Made by a program: the position numbers and the translations under genes. Under the pieces are notes generated by a model. That model had not been told where the DNA came from. It searched no databases and worked only from the letters and a program-made list of their open reading frames with translations. Shown here one piece after another: positions 55,540-64,000 of a DNA stretch of 64,000 nt. The DNA lies in contig JAGLGM010000003.1 in assembly GCA_023144035.1 (NCBI GenBank), positions 15,876 through 79,875 of the forward strand, read 5' to 3'. The first letter of the stretch is position 1; every line of letters begins with the position of its first letter. Source of the DNA: Candidatus Pacearchaeota archaeon (GTDB lineage Archaea > Nanobdellota > Nanobdellia > Pacearchaeales > GW2011-AR1).

Positions 55540-55750
55540 ATTCTTTTGTTATCTTTAAATTTTCTTCAGCCATTTCTTTACATCCTTCAATCATTAATTC
55601 TTTTCTCTCTTCTTTCTGAATTTTTACTGACTTTATTAAATTAAGAATTACTTCTTCATAACTTTGTCTTGGAGATTTTTTGTAAGAGTTAAGTGTTTCT
55701 TTTACTTGATTACTTAATTGAATTGTAGATATCATAATTCTATAGAACAA
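55490..55750 (-). CDS. Putative antitoxin partner of MazF
   Basis: Small acidic protein immediately upstream, overlapping mazF by 50 nt. Confidence 0.45.
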   Translation of the reverse strand: MFYRIMISTIQLSNQVKETLNSYKKSPRQSYEEVILNLIKSVKIQKEERKELMIEGCKEMAEENLKITKEFEAMEDLSKWEWEGDL

Positions 55751-55823
55751 CTATAGTATATAAATTTTTAGTTTGAAAATTAAATCTTTAAACTAATTAC
55801 TTTACTAATACCATCATGCATTA

Positions 55824-55942
55824 TGCGAAATATGGTTTATGAGCATTCGTGAAACGATTCTGAAAGAACTATGCGAAGCGACTATGTCTGCGAGCATCCT
55901 ATGAAATAGGTGCATGAAACAATTATATTTTAAGACTTATAA
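55824..55942. other. 119-bp relatively GC-rich insert with internal ~50-nt tandem duplication, flanked by a ~45-bp imperfect duplication of the SMC gene 3' end
   Basis: ttt(t)actaataccatcatgcatt at 55943-55965 (codes the SMC C-terminus) and again at 55802-55823. Between them tatgcgaa…gagcattc and tatgcgaa…gagcatcc units. Confidence 0.4.
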
Positions 55943-58796
55943 TTTTACTAATACCATCATGCATTGAGACTCCATAAAGATTTGTTGCGTTTGATATTAC
56001 CTCATCATTGTGTGTAATTACAATATATTGTCCTTTTTTCATATATTTTTGGAGAAGATTTGCTAAACGTTCTGAGTTTCTTTTATCTAATGCTGCGTCA
56101 ATTTCATCAAGAATATAAAAACAATAAGGATTTAATTCTTGAATTGCGAAAATTAATGACAAAGCTACTAACACTTGCTCCCCTCCTGAAAGAGACCTAA
56201 CATCAAAGTATTTTCCATGACCTGTTTTAACAATTATATTAACCCCTCCATCAAAAGGATCTTTTCTATTTTCTAAATCTAATGAAACTTGTCCTTTTGT
56301 GCTTAATAAAGTAAAATTGCTTGAAAACTTTTCATTTAATTCATCTAATGTTTTCAAAAAAACCTTTTTCTTTTTAATATCTATTTCATGAATTATTTTT
56401 AAAATTCCTTCTTTTTCTTTTGTAATAATTTCTGATTTATCTCTAACAGAATCATATTCTCTTTTTACAGAATCATAAACTTCCAAAGAACGCATATTAA
56501 TAGATCCTATTCTAGCCAACATGTCTTGTGTTTTTACTAATCTTTCTACAAGATTCTCTCTTTTTGATTTTATAACTTGAATATTTTTAAATTCTAATAA
56601 TTCTGTTTCGTGATTTTCAACAATCGCGTCTACTCTTGCTTTATCAATTTTAAAATTGTTTATATCTTGTTCAATATTATAAATAATATTTTTTTTATCT
56701 GATAATTCATATTCATTTTCTCTTATCTTTTTCTGAAAATTATCTTTTTCTGAAATTAATTGTTGAAACTTTTTACTTAATTCTTCTTCTTGTTTATTTT
56801 TTTTCTCGAGAATTTTTTCTTTTTCATCTATAACATTTTGAACTGCTTTTATTTCTTCATGTAAATCTTCTTGTTCCCTTAATAATTGCTTTAAGGATAT
56901 TTTTGACCTATCTAATTCTCTTTGTTTAAAAGATATTTCAGAATCAACATCTTCCTCGTTTCTTAAAGAAATTTCTTGAACTTCTACTCTTGTAGTTTCA
57001 TATTTTTGCTCAATATTTTGATTATCTTCAAAATTCCTTTCAAGCCTCTTTTTTATTTTATCTAATTCTGTAAACTCTTCTTTTGTCTTTTGAACTCTTT
57101 CTTGAATTTCTTTAAGTTGTTGTTTCTTTTCTCCTATATTTAAAAGTTTCATTAAATCAGATTCTCTTTTTGAGATTTCAGAAGTTAGTTGATCTATATC
57201 TTGTTTTATTAAATCTTTTTTATTATGAATATTTACTAATTCTTTATCTGATTTTTCAATATCTAAATTTAAATTATTTAACCTTGGTAAAGTGTCTTGA
57301 TTTATTTCATGAACATGTGCTTCTGTTATTTTGCTCTTACATATTGGACAAACATCCATTTTAGAAATATTTTCAATTAATTTGTTTTCTTTGTCAATTT
57401 CATTTTCATTTGCAGAAGATATTCTTTCTAATTCTATTTCTCTTTTATTTATAGAATCTAAAATTTCTTTTCTTTGTGCTAAAGATAATCTTAGAGATTC
57501 TACTTTTGTTTTATTAGTATTTTTATCAAATAATTCTTCATAAAGAATTTTCATTTGTCTTAATAAAAATTCAGATTCATTTTCATAATTCTTAAGGAGA
57601 GATGTTTTATCTTGAAATCTTTCTTTAATTGATTTTAATTCAGATTTAGCCATATAAAATTTTTTTCTTTGTTCTTCTAATTTTTCTAATTCTTGTTTTT
57701 TTAATTCAACTTCTTTATCTTTAAGTGTTTTTTTAGAGCTTGAACTTTTTGATACAGTTTTTTTTAAATCTTGAATATACTCTTCGGTTTCTTTAATAGT
57801 TTCTTCAAATTCTTGTTTTTGTTTTAATAGAACTGAATGTTTACTTCCATAATTCTCAGACCTTACACTTAATCCTGCAAGTTCTGCCCTAATATTTGCA
57901 ATTTCTTGATTAAGTTTTTCTTGTTCTAATCCAGTTGATTCTTGAATAGTTTTATTTATGTAATTAATTTTTGATTCAAAATTTTCTATATTTGTTCTTA
58001 AAATTATTATTGACTTCTTAATTTTATCAATTTCTTTATTCTTTTTAGCAATCTCTTCATTTATCTTTTCTATTTCTTTTTTATTTTTATTTATATCATA
58101 TGAAATTACACTTGCTTTCAATATCTTCACATCTTTCTCAAGTTTCTTAAATCTTAATGCTTGTTGCCTTTCTTTTTCTAAATTATTTAAATAAGCTGTC
58201 CTTTCTCTTAATATTGCTGCAACTTCTTTTAGTTTTTCCTCAGTTTTATTTAATTCTTTTAGTGATTTTTCTTTTCTTGATTCATAAATAGATATTCCTG
58301 AAACTTCTTCAAGTATCTTTCTTCTATCATCAGGATACATTCTTACAAAATTTTGAATTTCGCCTTGAAGAATTATATTAAAACCATTAGGATCAATTCC
58401 TGCTTGAGCAAGTAATCCTAAAACTTGCTGTCTTGTTTTTGTTTCATTATTTATCTTGTAAATGCTTTGCCCATTTTTTCTGACTATTCTTTTTATAGAA
58501 ACTTCATTTTTATCTATTGAAAAAGTTCTATTAGAATTATCAAAAACCATTTCAACACTTGCTTCTTTTGCAGGACTAGCTGCTTTTGTTCCTAAGAATA
58601 TTAAATTCCTTGCTTTTGCTGCTCTCATAGATTTTATACTTAATCTTCCTAAAACAAAACAAAGAGCGTCTGAGACATTTGATTTTCCGCTTCCATTTGG
58701 ACCTAAGATTACATTTATACCCTCTGTAAAAGGTATTTCTGTTTTTCTTGGAAAACTTTTAAATCCATGCATCACCAGTTTTTTTATATGAGCCAT
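55923..58796 (-). CDS. SMC-family ATPase with SMC-type heads and a central Rad50-like CPxC zinc-hook motif in place of a hinge (957 aa)
   Basis: N-terminal GPNGSGKSNVSDALCFVLG; C-terminal LSGGEQVLVALSLIFAI…LDEIDAALD; mid-protein MDVCPICKSKITEAHVHEI inside coiled coil. Confidence 0.8.
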   Translation of the reverse strand: MAHIKKLVMHGFKSFPRKTEIPFTEGINVILGPNGSGKSNVSDALCFVLGRLSIKSMRAAKARNLIFLGTKAASPAKEASVEMVFDNSNRTFSIDKNEVSIKRIVRKNGQSIYKINNETKTRQQVLGLLAQAGIDPNGFNIILQGEIQNFVRMYPDDRRKILEEVSGISIYESRKEKSLKELNKTEEKLKEVAAILRERTAYLNNLEKERQQALRFKKLEKDVKILKASVISYDINKNKKEIEKINEEIAKKNKEIDKIKKSIIILRTNIENFESKINYINKTIQESTGLEQEKLNQEIANIRAELAGLSVRSENYGSKHSVLLKQKQEFEETIKETEEYIQDLKKTVSKSSSSKKTLKDKEVELKKQELEKLEEQRKKFYMAKSELKSIKERFQDKTSLLKNYENESEFLLRQMKILYEELFDKNTNKTKVESLRLSLAQRKEILDSINKREIELERISSANENEIDKENKLIENISKMDVCPICKSKITEAHVHEINQDTLPRLNNLNLDIEKSDKELVNIHNKKDLIKQDIDQLTSEISKRESDLMKLLNIGEKKQQLKEIQERVQKTKEEFTELDKIKKRLERNFEDNQNIEQKYETTRVEVQEISLRNEEDVDSEISFKQRELDRSKISLKQLLREQEDLHEEIKAVQNVIDEKEKILEKKNKQEEELSKKFQQLISEKDNFQKKIRENEYELSDKKNIIYNIEQDINNFKIDKARVDAIVENHETELLEFKNIQVIKSKRENLVERLVKTQDMLARIGSINMRSLEVYDSVKREYDSVRDKSEIITKEKEGILKIIHEIDIKKKKVFLKTLDELNEKFSSNFTLLSTKGQVSLDLENRKDPFDGGVNIIVKTGHGKYFDVRSLSGGEQVLVALSLIFAIQELNPYCFYILDEIDAALDKRNSERLANLLQKYMKKGQYIVITHNDEVISNATNLYGVSMHDGISKIISLKI

Positions 58797-58835
58797 AAGG
58801 AAAAGAAAGAAGCTGGATTTTTAAAGATTAGGATA

Positions 58836-59528
58836 TTAAAAATCTAATTTTTTTTGCTCTGATTTTGCTTGAGCTTTTTTCCAAGTAATCCAATTTTTCC
58901 TAAATATTCCACTATCTTTATGTTTGCTTACATTTTTTGTTAAAAACTTTGAAGTTGAAGGATCAGAAGTATAACCAGAACCTATTTCTTCTCCATACTT
59001 TTTCTTAAGTTTATCCATTTCTTTTTCCCTTGTACTTTTAGCAAGGATAGAAGCAGCTGAAACAGAAACATGGTTTTTATCTGCTTTATGTTCACATACA
59101 ATATCTAAATTTGATAAATCTTTTACTTTTGTCATTAAAAAATCTCTCCACTTAATTATGCTTGTAGAAGGACAATCTACAACTACTTTTATTTTACAAG
59201 CTTCAGATTTATCTTTTAAAGATATTTCTTTATTTATTTTATTGATTATTTTAGCTGTCTTTATAGCTTCTAACATATTAAGATTTGTTCCTGAATCTTG
59301 TTTTTTATTTATTTCGTCTGCATCAGCTAATACAATTTCAAAACTTATTACTTCTTCTTTTATTTTTTGGGTTAAAAACTCCCTTCTTTTAGAAGTTAAT
59401 TGTTTAGAATCTCTTACACCTAATTTCTTAAATTTTCTTGCAGTTTTTTCGTCAATTAAACAACCTGCTAAAACCATTGGACCAATTACTGGACCCCTTC
59501 CTGCATCATCAATTCCTAACTCTAACAT
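58836..59528 (-). CDS. rnhB: Ribonuclease HII
   Basis: LGIDDAGRGPVIGPMVLAG. Confidence 0.85.
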   Translation of the reverse strand: MLELGIDDAGRGPVIGPMVLAGCLIDEKTARKFKKLGVRDSKQLTSKRREFLTQKIKEEVISFEIVLADADEINKKQDSGTNLNMLEAIKTAKIINKINKEISLKDKSEACKIKVVVDCPSTSIIKWRDFLMTKVKDLSNLDIVCEHKADKNHVSVSAASILAKSTREKEMDKLKKKYGEEIGSGYTSDPSTSKFLTKNVSKHKDSGIFRKNWITWKKAQAKSEQKKLDF

Positions 59529-59613
59529 GTGCTATAGAAAAACCTTTAGTTTTTTAAATTATTGTGTTATGTATTTGTTTTTGCTTATATTTAGGTAACT
59601 TGCGCATATTTCT

Positions 59614-60182
59614 TTAATTACAAACCCAAATATTATAAAAATTATAAACTCCTTTTATTTGCTCAACTAAATTCAAATCAGAATTTTTTATTAGTTTATC
59701 CATTCCTTTTTCAATATATTTTTTATATTTAGAATAATGTCCTGCTAGTATTTCATCAAACATAATTAAAGTTTTCTCAAGTTTGGAATTTGACGAAATA
59801 AAATCTATAAGAAAGGTCTTGTCAGAGATTTTTGAAATAATATTTAAGGTGTTTATTTGATCAAAGTAGTTCATAGTATGGATGCTAAACATTGCAACAG
59901 AATAATCAAAATGATTATCTTGATTAAATTGAGCCAAATGGATGGCTTCAAAGTCTAAATTAGAATAAATTCTTTTTTATTAGATTTTATCTTTTGATTA
60001 TTAATATCTATTCCTAAACCAGAGTTTATCTTAGAGGATAATTCAAAAAGTAATCCTCCATTACCACAACCAATATCAATCACTTTAGAATTTTCAGAAA
60101 TTAAATTATAAACTTGCGATATAATTTTTTGCTTCATATTTAAAAAATTAAGAATTAAAAATTTATTTTTCCTTATTATCAA
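59614..60182 (-). pseudogene. Class I SAM-methyltransferase apparently split by a stop and frameshift into 75-aa (59955-60182) and 107-aa (59614-59937) ORFs
   Basis: Upstream piece carries motif I VIDIGCGNGGLLFEL and GIDIN; the downstream piece is in another frame, 17 nt away. Confidence 0.35.
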
Positions 60183-60465
60183 TTAATGTTCTTGGGACTT
60201 CAATCAATACTTCATCTTCACCAATTTTCTTCTCCAAATCACCAAGCCCAACATTATTCAATGATTCTTTTGGTAATAATTTCCCAATAATTAAATAAAC
60301 ATCTTTGTCTTTTTTTGATTCAAAGATAGAAGGACAAGCACCTATAACACAATGATTATTACTTGGAGTTATTTCTTTAAATCCTTCATAAATTGCAGGA
60401 CAGGAAAGTATACCACACTTGTTTTCTTCAGGAGTTTTATCTTGGTAAATATAATTTATTTTCAT
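60163..60465 (-). CDS. Small protein with duplicated C-x4-CP-x-I-(Y/F)-E motif
   Basis: CGILSCPAIYE and CVIGACPSIFE. Confidence 0.4.
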   Translation of the reverse strand: MKINYIYQDKTPEENKCGILSCPAIYEGFKEITPSNNHCVIGACPSIFESKKDKDVYLIIGKLLPKESLNNVGLGDLEKKIGEDEVLIEVPRTLIDNKEK

Positions 60466-60561
60466 TGTAATAATTAAATGATAACCAATTATCTAAATCT
60501 TCCCATTAAAAAGTCCTAAATTATTCAAAATAATCACAAATTATTTAAAGTAATATGGGTT

Positions 60562-61527
60562 TTGATTAATATGGAATTAAAAGAAATTGACTTCAAATTA
60601 CTCAACTATTTATATCACAATTATAATGAACCTACATCAAAAATAGCGAAAAACACAAAAATATCAAGAGATAAAGTAGAATATCGTTTAAACAAATACA
60701 TTCAAACAAAACTCATAAAACAATTTGTCCCAATAATCAATTATTCTGAATTAGGATTTGAAAAACAAGTTATTTTATTCTTGAAATTTGAAACGCCAAA
60801 ACTAGCAGAAAAATTCGCCAAAACATTATCAAAAAACAAGAATTGTATCTCCTACGGAAAAATTCTGGAGAAATTTGACTTATATGTAAATGCAATTTTC
60901 AAGGACAATAATGAATTAGAGCAATTTATTTCACAATTATTTGAAGCAGAAAATAGATTGGCAAATTATCTTCTGATAAATCCTTCCTTTGCGGAGCTTT
61001 ATCCTTTAAAATTCATCGACAATAAAGAAAAAGAAAATTATGAACTTTTAAATATTTCAAGTAAAAAAATAAATTTTGATAAATTAGATTTTAAAATATT
61101 AAAAGAAATTTCAATTAACGGAAGAATAAAACTTTTAGACCTCTCCTTAAAATTAAAGGTTAATACAACAACAATTTTTTACAGATTAAAAAAATTAAAA
61201 GAAAACAAGATAATCTTAGGAAATCGGATACAATTCAGTAATAAAATTTTGGGTTATAATTATGGAGCAATCATTTTAAATATAAAAAAATTTTCAGAAG
61301 AAAACAAGCAAAAAATAAAACAATTCACAAGAAACTCAAAAAACACTAACTCTCTAATTTTGAATTTGCAAAAACCAAATTCAATAATACAATTTTTCTA
61401 CAAAGAAGAAAATGAAATAAAAAATGAAATAAGTAAAATAAAAAAACTATTTGAAAACGAGCAAATAGAAATAGAGTTAATTCATCTTGACGAAGAAGAA
61501 TACATAAATGTCTTGCCTTTTCTTTGA
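60562..61527 (+). CDS. Tandem Lrp/AsnC-family regulator (two HTH plus RAM-like units)
   Basis: IDFKLLNYLYHNYNEPTSKIAKNTKISRDKVEYRL and repeat LDFKILKEISINGRIKLLDLSLKLKVNTTTIFYRL. Confidence 0.55.
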   Translation: MINMELKEIDFKLLNYLYHNYNEPTSKIAKNTKISRDKVEYRLNKYIQTKLIKQFVPIINYSELGFEKQVILFLKFETPKLAEKFAKTLSKNKNCISYGKILEKFDLYVNAIFKDNNELEQFISQLFEAENRLANYLLINPSFAELYPLKFIDNKEKENYELLNISSKKINFDKLDFKILKEISINGRIKLLDLSLKLKVNTTTIFYRLKKLKENKIILGNRIQFSNKILGYNYGAIILNIKKFSEENKQKIKQFTRNSKNTNSLILNLQKPNSIIQFFYKEENEIKNEISKIKKLFENEQIEIELIHLDEEEYINVLPFL

Positions 61528-61641
61528 ATAATTTTCTTATTGAAAAATTAAATGGTTATTCACATTTTCAAAATCTTCTTTAAACTCACTTTGTTCGTTT
61601 ATTAGAAAGCTTTAAAAGTTGATTCACATATGATTTATTAT

Positions 61642-61772
61642 AGCGAGGTGGAGCAGTCTGGAGTGCTCGTCGGGCCCATAAGTAAATCCTTGCAGGATTT
61701 TTCATTCCTGCATAATCTTAGGATTATACGAGGAAACCCGGAGGTCGCGTGGTTCAAATCCCGCCCTCGCTA
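61642..61772 (+). tRNA. Initiator-type tRNA-Met (anticodon CAT at 61677-61679) with about 55-nt intron (61682-61736)
   Basis: A1:T72 acceptor agcgagg/cctcgct, discriminator A, D-arm gagc-agtctggagt-gctc, anticodon stem tcggg/cccgg (three G-C), loop ccCATaa, T-arm gcg[t]gg-ttcaaat-cccgc (single-nt bulge). Confidence 0.55.
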
Positions 61773-61921
61773 TTATATTCTTGCAAAATTTGAACAATTC
61801 CTTATTCAGCCATTGAAAAGCTTTTATTAATAATCTTTAAAATTATACTTCTCAATAAATTCACCCTCTCAAACTTTCTTAATAATTAACCTTAAATACT
61901 ATTAATTTATTCTATAATTAT

Positions 61922-62073
61922 GCCCAGATCGCATAGTGGTTATTGCACCGGATTGCTAAGCACAGGACACCTCAACGGTTTCCTACCGCACTACCTTCCC
62001 TTAATGGATTGTAGAAGTTAACGCAAAGATCCGGACCCTTCGGGGTGCGTAGGTTCGACTCCTACTCTGGGCG
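61922..62073 (+). tRNA. tRNA-Ser (anticodon GCT at 61955-61957) with about 70-nt intron (61960-62029) and long variable arm
   Basis: Acceptor gcccaga/tctgggc, discriminator G, D-loop with GG, anticodon stem ccgga/tccgg, loop ttGCTaa, variable arm acccttcggggtgc, T-arm gtagg-ttcgact-cctac. Intron 3' end gcaa pairs with ttgc (BHB-like). Confidence 0.65.
61964..62004 (+). other. Second copy of the 41-nt element, inside the tRNA-Ser intron
   Basis: See 32997-33037. Confidence 0.5.
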
Positions 62074-62173
62074 TTTATATTTTTCACTATTTGTATTGTG
62101 ACTCCTTTAGGCGTTTGTTTTTTCTTAAAAACAAAGGATTATAAATAATCCTTTATTAGATTTTTTATAAAAG

Positions 62174-63802
62174 ATGGTGAATGCTATATGGGTTGCTTTG
62201 ATTGGTATTATCTTCTTAATTGCAAATTACTTTTTATATGGAAAATATGTAGAAAATAAAATAAAACCTACTAACAAGAAAACTCCTGCTCATATAAATA
62301 AAGACAAAACAGACTTTTATCCTGCAAATAAATTCTTTTTATTTGGTCATCACTTTGCATCAATTGCAGGTGCAGGACCTATTATTGGACCTATCTTAGC
62401 TATTTCATATTTTGGATGGTTTTTTGTTGCTATTTGGATTGTATTAGGTACTGTTTTTATTGGAGCTGTTCATGATTATCTTAGTTTAATGATTTCTGTT
62501 AGAAATAAAGCAAAAGGAATATCACAAATAACTTCTAAAACTTTAAACAAAAAATCTGGAAAGGTTTTTGCAATAATGATTTATCTAACACTTTTATTAC
62601 TTGTAACTGTATTTTCTGTCTCTGCTGCAGATAGTATAATTGCACAACCAAGCTTAGTTATTCCTATAATTGCCATATCATTTATTGCTGTTTTTTTAGG
62701 TTTAGCAGTATATAAATTTAAAAAAAATGTTTTAATCTCAAGTTTAATTGCATTGGTTCTTGTTTTCTTTTTTATGTGGGTAGGATATAAAATTCCTCTT
62801 GCTTTACCATTTACACTTCAATTTCAAAAATTATTTTGGATAACAATTTTATTAGGTTATGGTGCAATTGCTTCTTTATTGCCTGTTTGGGTTTTCTTGC
62901 AACCTAGAGATTATTTAAGTTCTATTCAATTAATTTTATTTTTATTTCTTGGGTTTGTATCAATATTTGTTGTTAGACCAGAAATGGCTGTTCCAATGAT
63001 AATTAAAGGAAACCTTCCAATGTGGCCTATATTATTTATTACTGTTGCTTGTGGTGCAATCTCTGGATTTCATTCCCTTGTAGCTACTGGTACAACTTCT
63101 AAACAATTATCAAAAGAAAAACAAGGAAGATTTATTGGGTATGGTGGAATGATTGCAGAAGGTTTGTTAGCCCTATTAGTATTATTATTTGTTTCTACTC
63201 TTGCTTGGGATTCTGGGCCTTTAAACTTTTTGAATTCTTTAGATCAAGGGTGGATAATTGCATTTGGTAATGGTATAGGGAATATTGTTGGAAGCATAGG
63301 AATTCCTTTCTTAGGATTTGCAATTGCAAGTTTAATTGGTGTATTTATGGTAAATCAATTTATCTTAACTTCTTTAGATACTTCGACAAGATTATCAAGA
63401 TTAGTAGTTGCAAGCACTTTTAAGAAAAAGATATTTCAGAAAAAATGGTTTGGAGTATTAATCACAATTATTCCTGCTTATATTTTAGCTGTTACAAATT
63501 CTTATACAAACATATGGAGATTATTTGGAAGTGCCAATCAATTAATTGCAGCAATAGCATTGATAACAATCTCTGCTTATTTTATTGAACATAAAAAACA
63601 TATAAGATTCTTAATTATCCCTACAACCTTTATGGTGATTACTACAATTGCTGCATTAATTTATAGTTTATTTAATAAATCAGGATATCTTTTCACAGGG
63701 AGTTGGTTATTAGCCACTATCTCTATAATATTCCTTATATTAGCTGTAATTATTTCTTATGAGGGTTTTGAAATTATTAAGAAATATAAAAAGAGAATTT
63801 GA
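62174..63802 (+). CDS. cstA: Carbon starvation protein A (CstA-family peptide/pyruvate transporter)
   Basis: FGHHFASIAGAGPIIGPILAISYFGW…GAVHDY. Confidence 0.85.
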   Translation: MVNAIWVALIGIIFLIANYFLYGKYVENKIKPTNKKTPAHINKDKTDFYPANKFFLFGHHFASIAGAGPIIGPILAISYFGWFFVAIWIVLGTVFIGAVHDYLSLMISVRNKAKGISQITSKTLNKKSGKVFAIMIYLTLLLLVTVFSVSAADSIIAQPSLVIPIIAISFIAVFLGLAVYKFKKNVLISSLIALVLVFFFMWVGYKIPLALPFTLQFQKLFWITILLGYGAIASLLPVWVFLQPRDYLSSIQLILFLFLGFVSIFVVRPEMAVPMIIKGNLPMWPILFITVACGAISGFHSLVATGTTSKQLSKEKQGRFIGYGGMIAEGLLALLVLLFVSTLAWDSGPLNFLNSLDQGWIIAFGNGIGNIVGSIGIPFLGFAIASLIGVFMVNQFILTSLDTSTRLSRLVVASTFKKKIFQKKWFGVLITIIPAYILAVTNSYTNIWRLFGSANQLIAAIALITISAYFIEHKKHIRFLIIPTTFMVITTIAALIYSLFNKSGYLFTGSWLLATISIIFLILAVIISYEGFEIIKKYKKRI

Positions 63803-63825
63803 ATTAAAAAATATAAAAAATTTAA

Positions 63826-64000
63826 TTACTTACCTATTTCACTTGTTCTCTTATAACTAATATATAATTTATCTAAAATTTCTAAAGCTTTGTCTCTTTG
63901 TTCTGCTTTGCCCATTCCTTTCCAATCAATAACAGCAAAATCTACTTCTTCTTCTGTTTTCTCAATTGCTTCTTCAACCATTTCTTTTGTTAAAGGAAAA
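63826..64000 (-). CDS. Hypothetical protein, C-terminal part (gene starts beyond window end)
   Basis: Minus frame …TKEMVEEAIEKTEEEVDFAVIDWKGMGKAEQRDKALEILDKLYISYKRTSEIGK* ending at TAA (63826-63828). Confidence 0.4.
   Translation of the reverse strand, partial: FPLTKEMVEEAIEKTEEEVDFAVIDWKGMGKAEQRDKALEILDKLYISYKRTSEIGK

Noticed and set aside
57170-58791. + strand ORFs 57170..57364, 57331..57543, 58462..58791
   Set aside because: Antisense within the SMC-like gene; Leu/Phe-rich.
61630-61830. 66-aa + strand ORF
   Set aside because: Overlaps the initiator tRNA-Met gene and its intron.

Overview
This is an AT-rich (about 30% GC) archaeal chromosomal segment with compact genes. Gene content and the tRNA introns suggest a small-genome DPANN-like archaeon, but that is inference only.

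The core is the archaeal transcription/translation supercluster: rpoH, a fused rpoB and a fused rpoA, then nusA, rps12, rps7, aEF-2 and aEF-1alpha (29.5-46.7 kb). L30e is absent from this operon and extra ORFs are interleaved. A second conserved block, rpoE'-spt4-S24e-S27ae, lies at 9.9-11.5 kb.

Other recognisable genes:
- a sulfur-mobilisation and tRNA-thiolation cluster (ArsR, cysteine desulfurase, ArsM-like methyltransferase, DUF1858, IscU, TtuA/NcsA);
- a dNTP-metabolism block (nrdR, class II RNR nrdJ, dCMP deaminase, a dCTP-deaminase/dUTPase-family protein);
- DnaG primase, RNase HII, an SMC-like ATPase, PIMT, CstA, UppP, a Fic protein, a mazEF-like pair, thioredoxin, and a partial ScpA at the window start;
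- four tRNAs (Trp, Lys, iMet, Ser), each with a predicted intron.

Localised anomalies:
1. An 8.2-kb integrated element (860-9065) is bounded by perfect 15-bp direct repeats. It carries a tyrosine integrase, a RecA-like replication NTPase, an Ltp-type superinfection-exclusion-like membrane protein and a HEPN-motif protein.
2. IscU carries a 380-aa LAGLIDADG mini-intein.
3. A 41-nt element occurs almost identically in the rpoB-rpoA spacer and inside the tRNA-Ser intron.
4. The SMC-like protein has SMC-type heads but a Rad50-type CPxC zinc hook at the position where an SMC hinge would be.
5. One protein fuses a cytidine-deaminase domain to a minimal nucleotidyltransferase.
6. The tRNA-Lys 3' end and the SMC 3' end are each duplicated about 120 bp downstream, flanking short tandem-repeat inserts.
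7. A palindromic NrdR box sits upstream of nrdR-nrdJ.
8. One IS-type DDE transposase is present.

No rRNA genes or CRISPR arrays were seen. All product calls rest on motif recognition by eye, without database searches.
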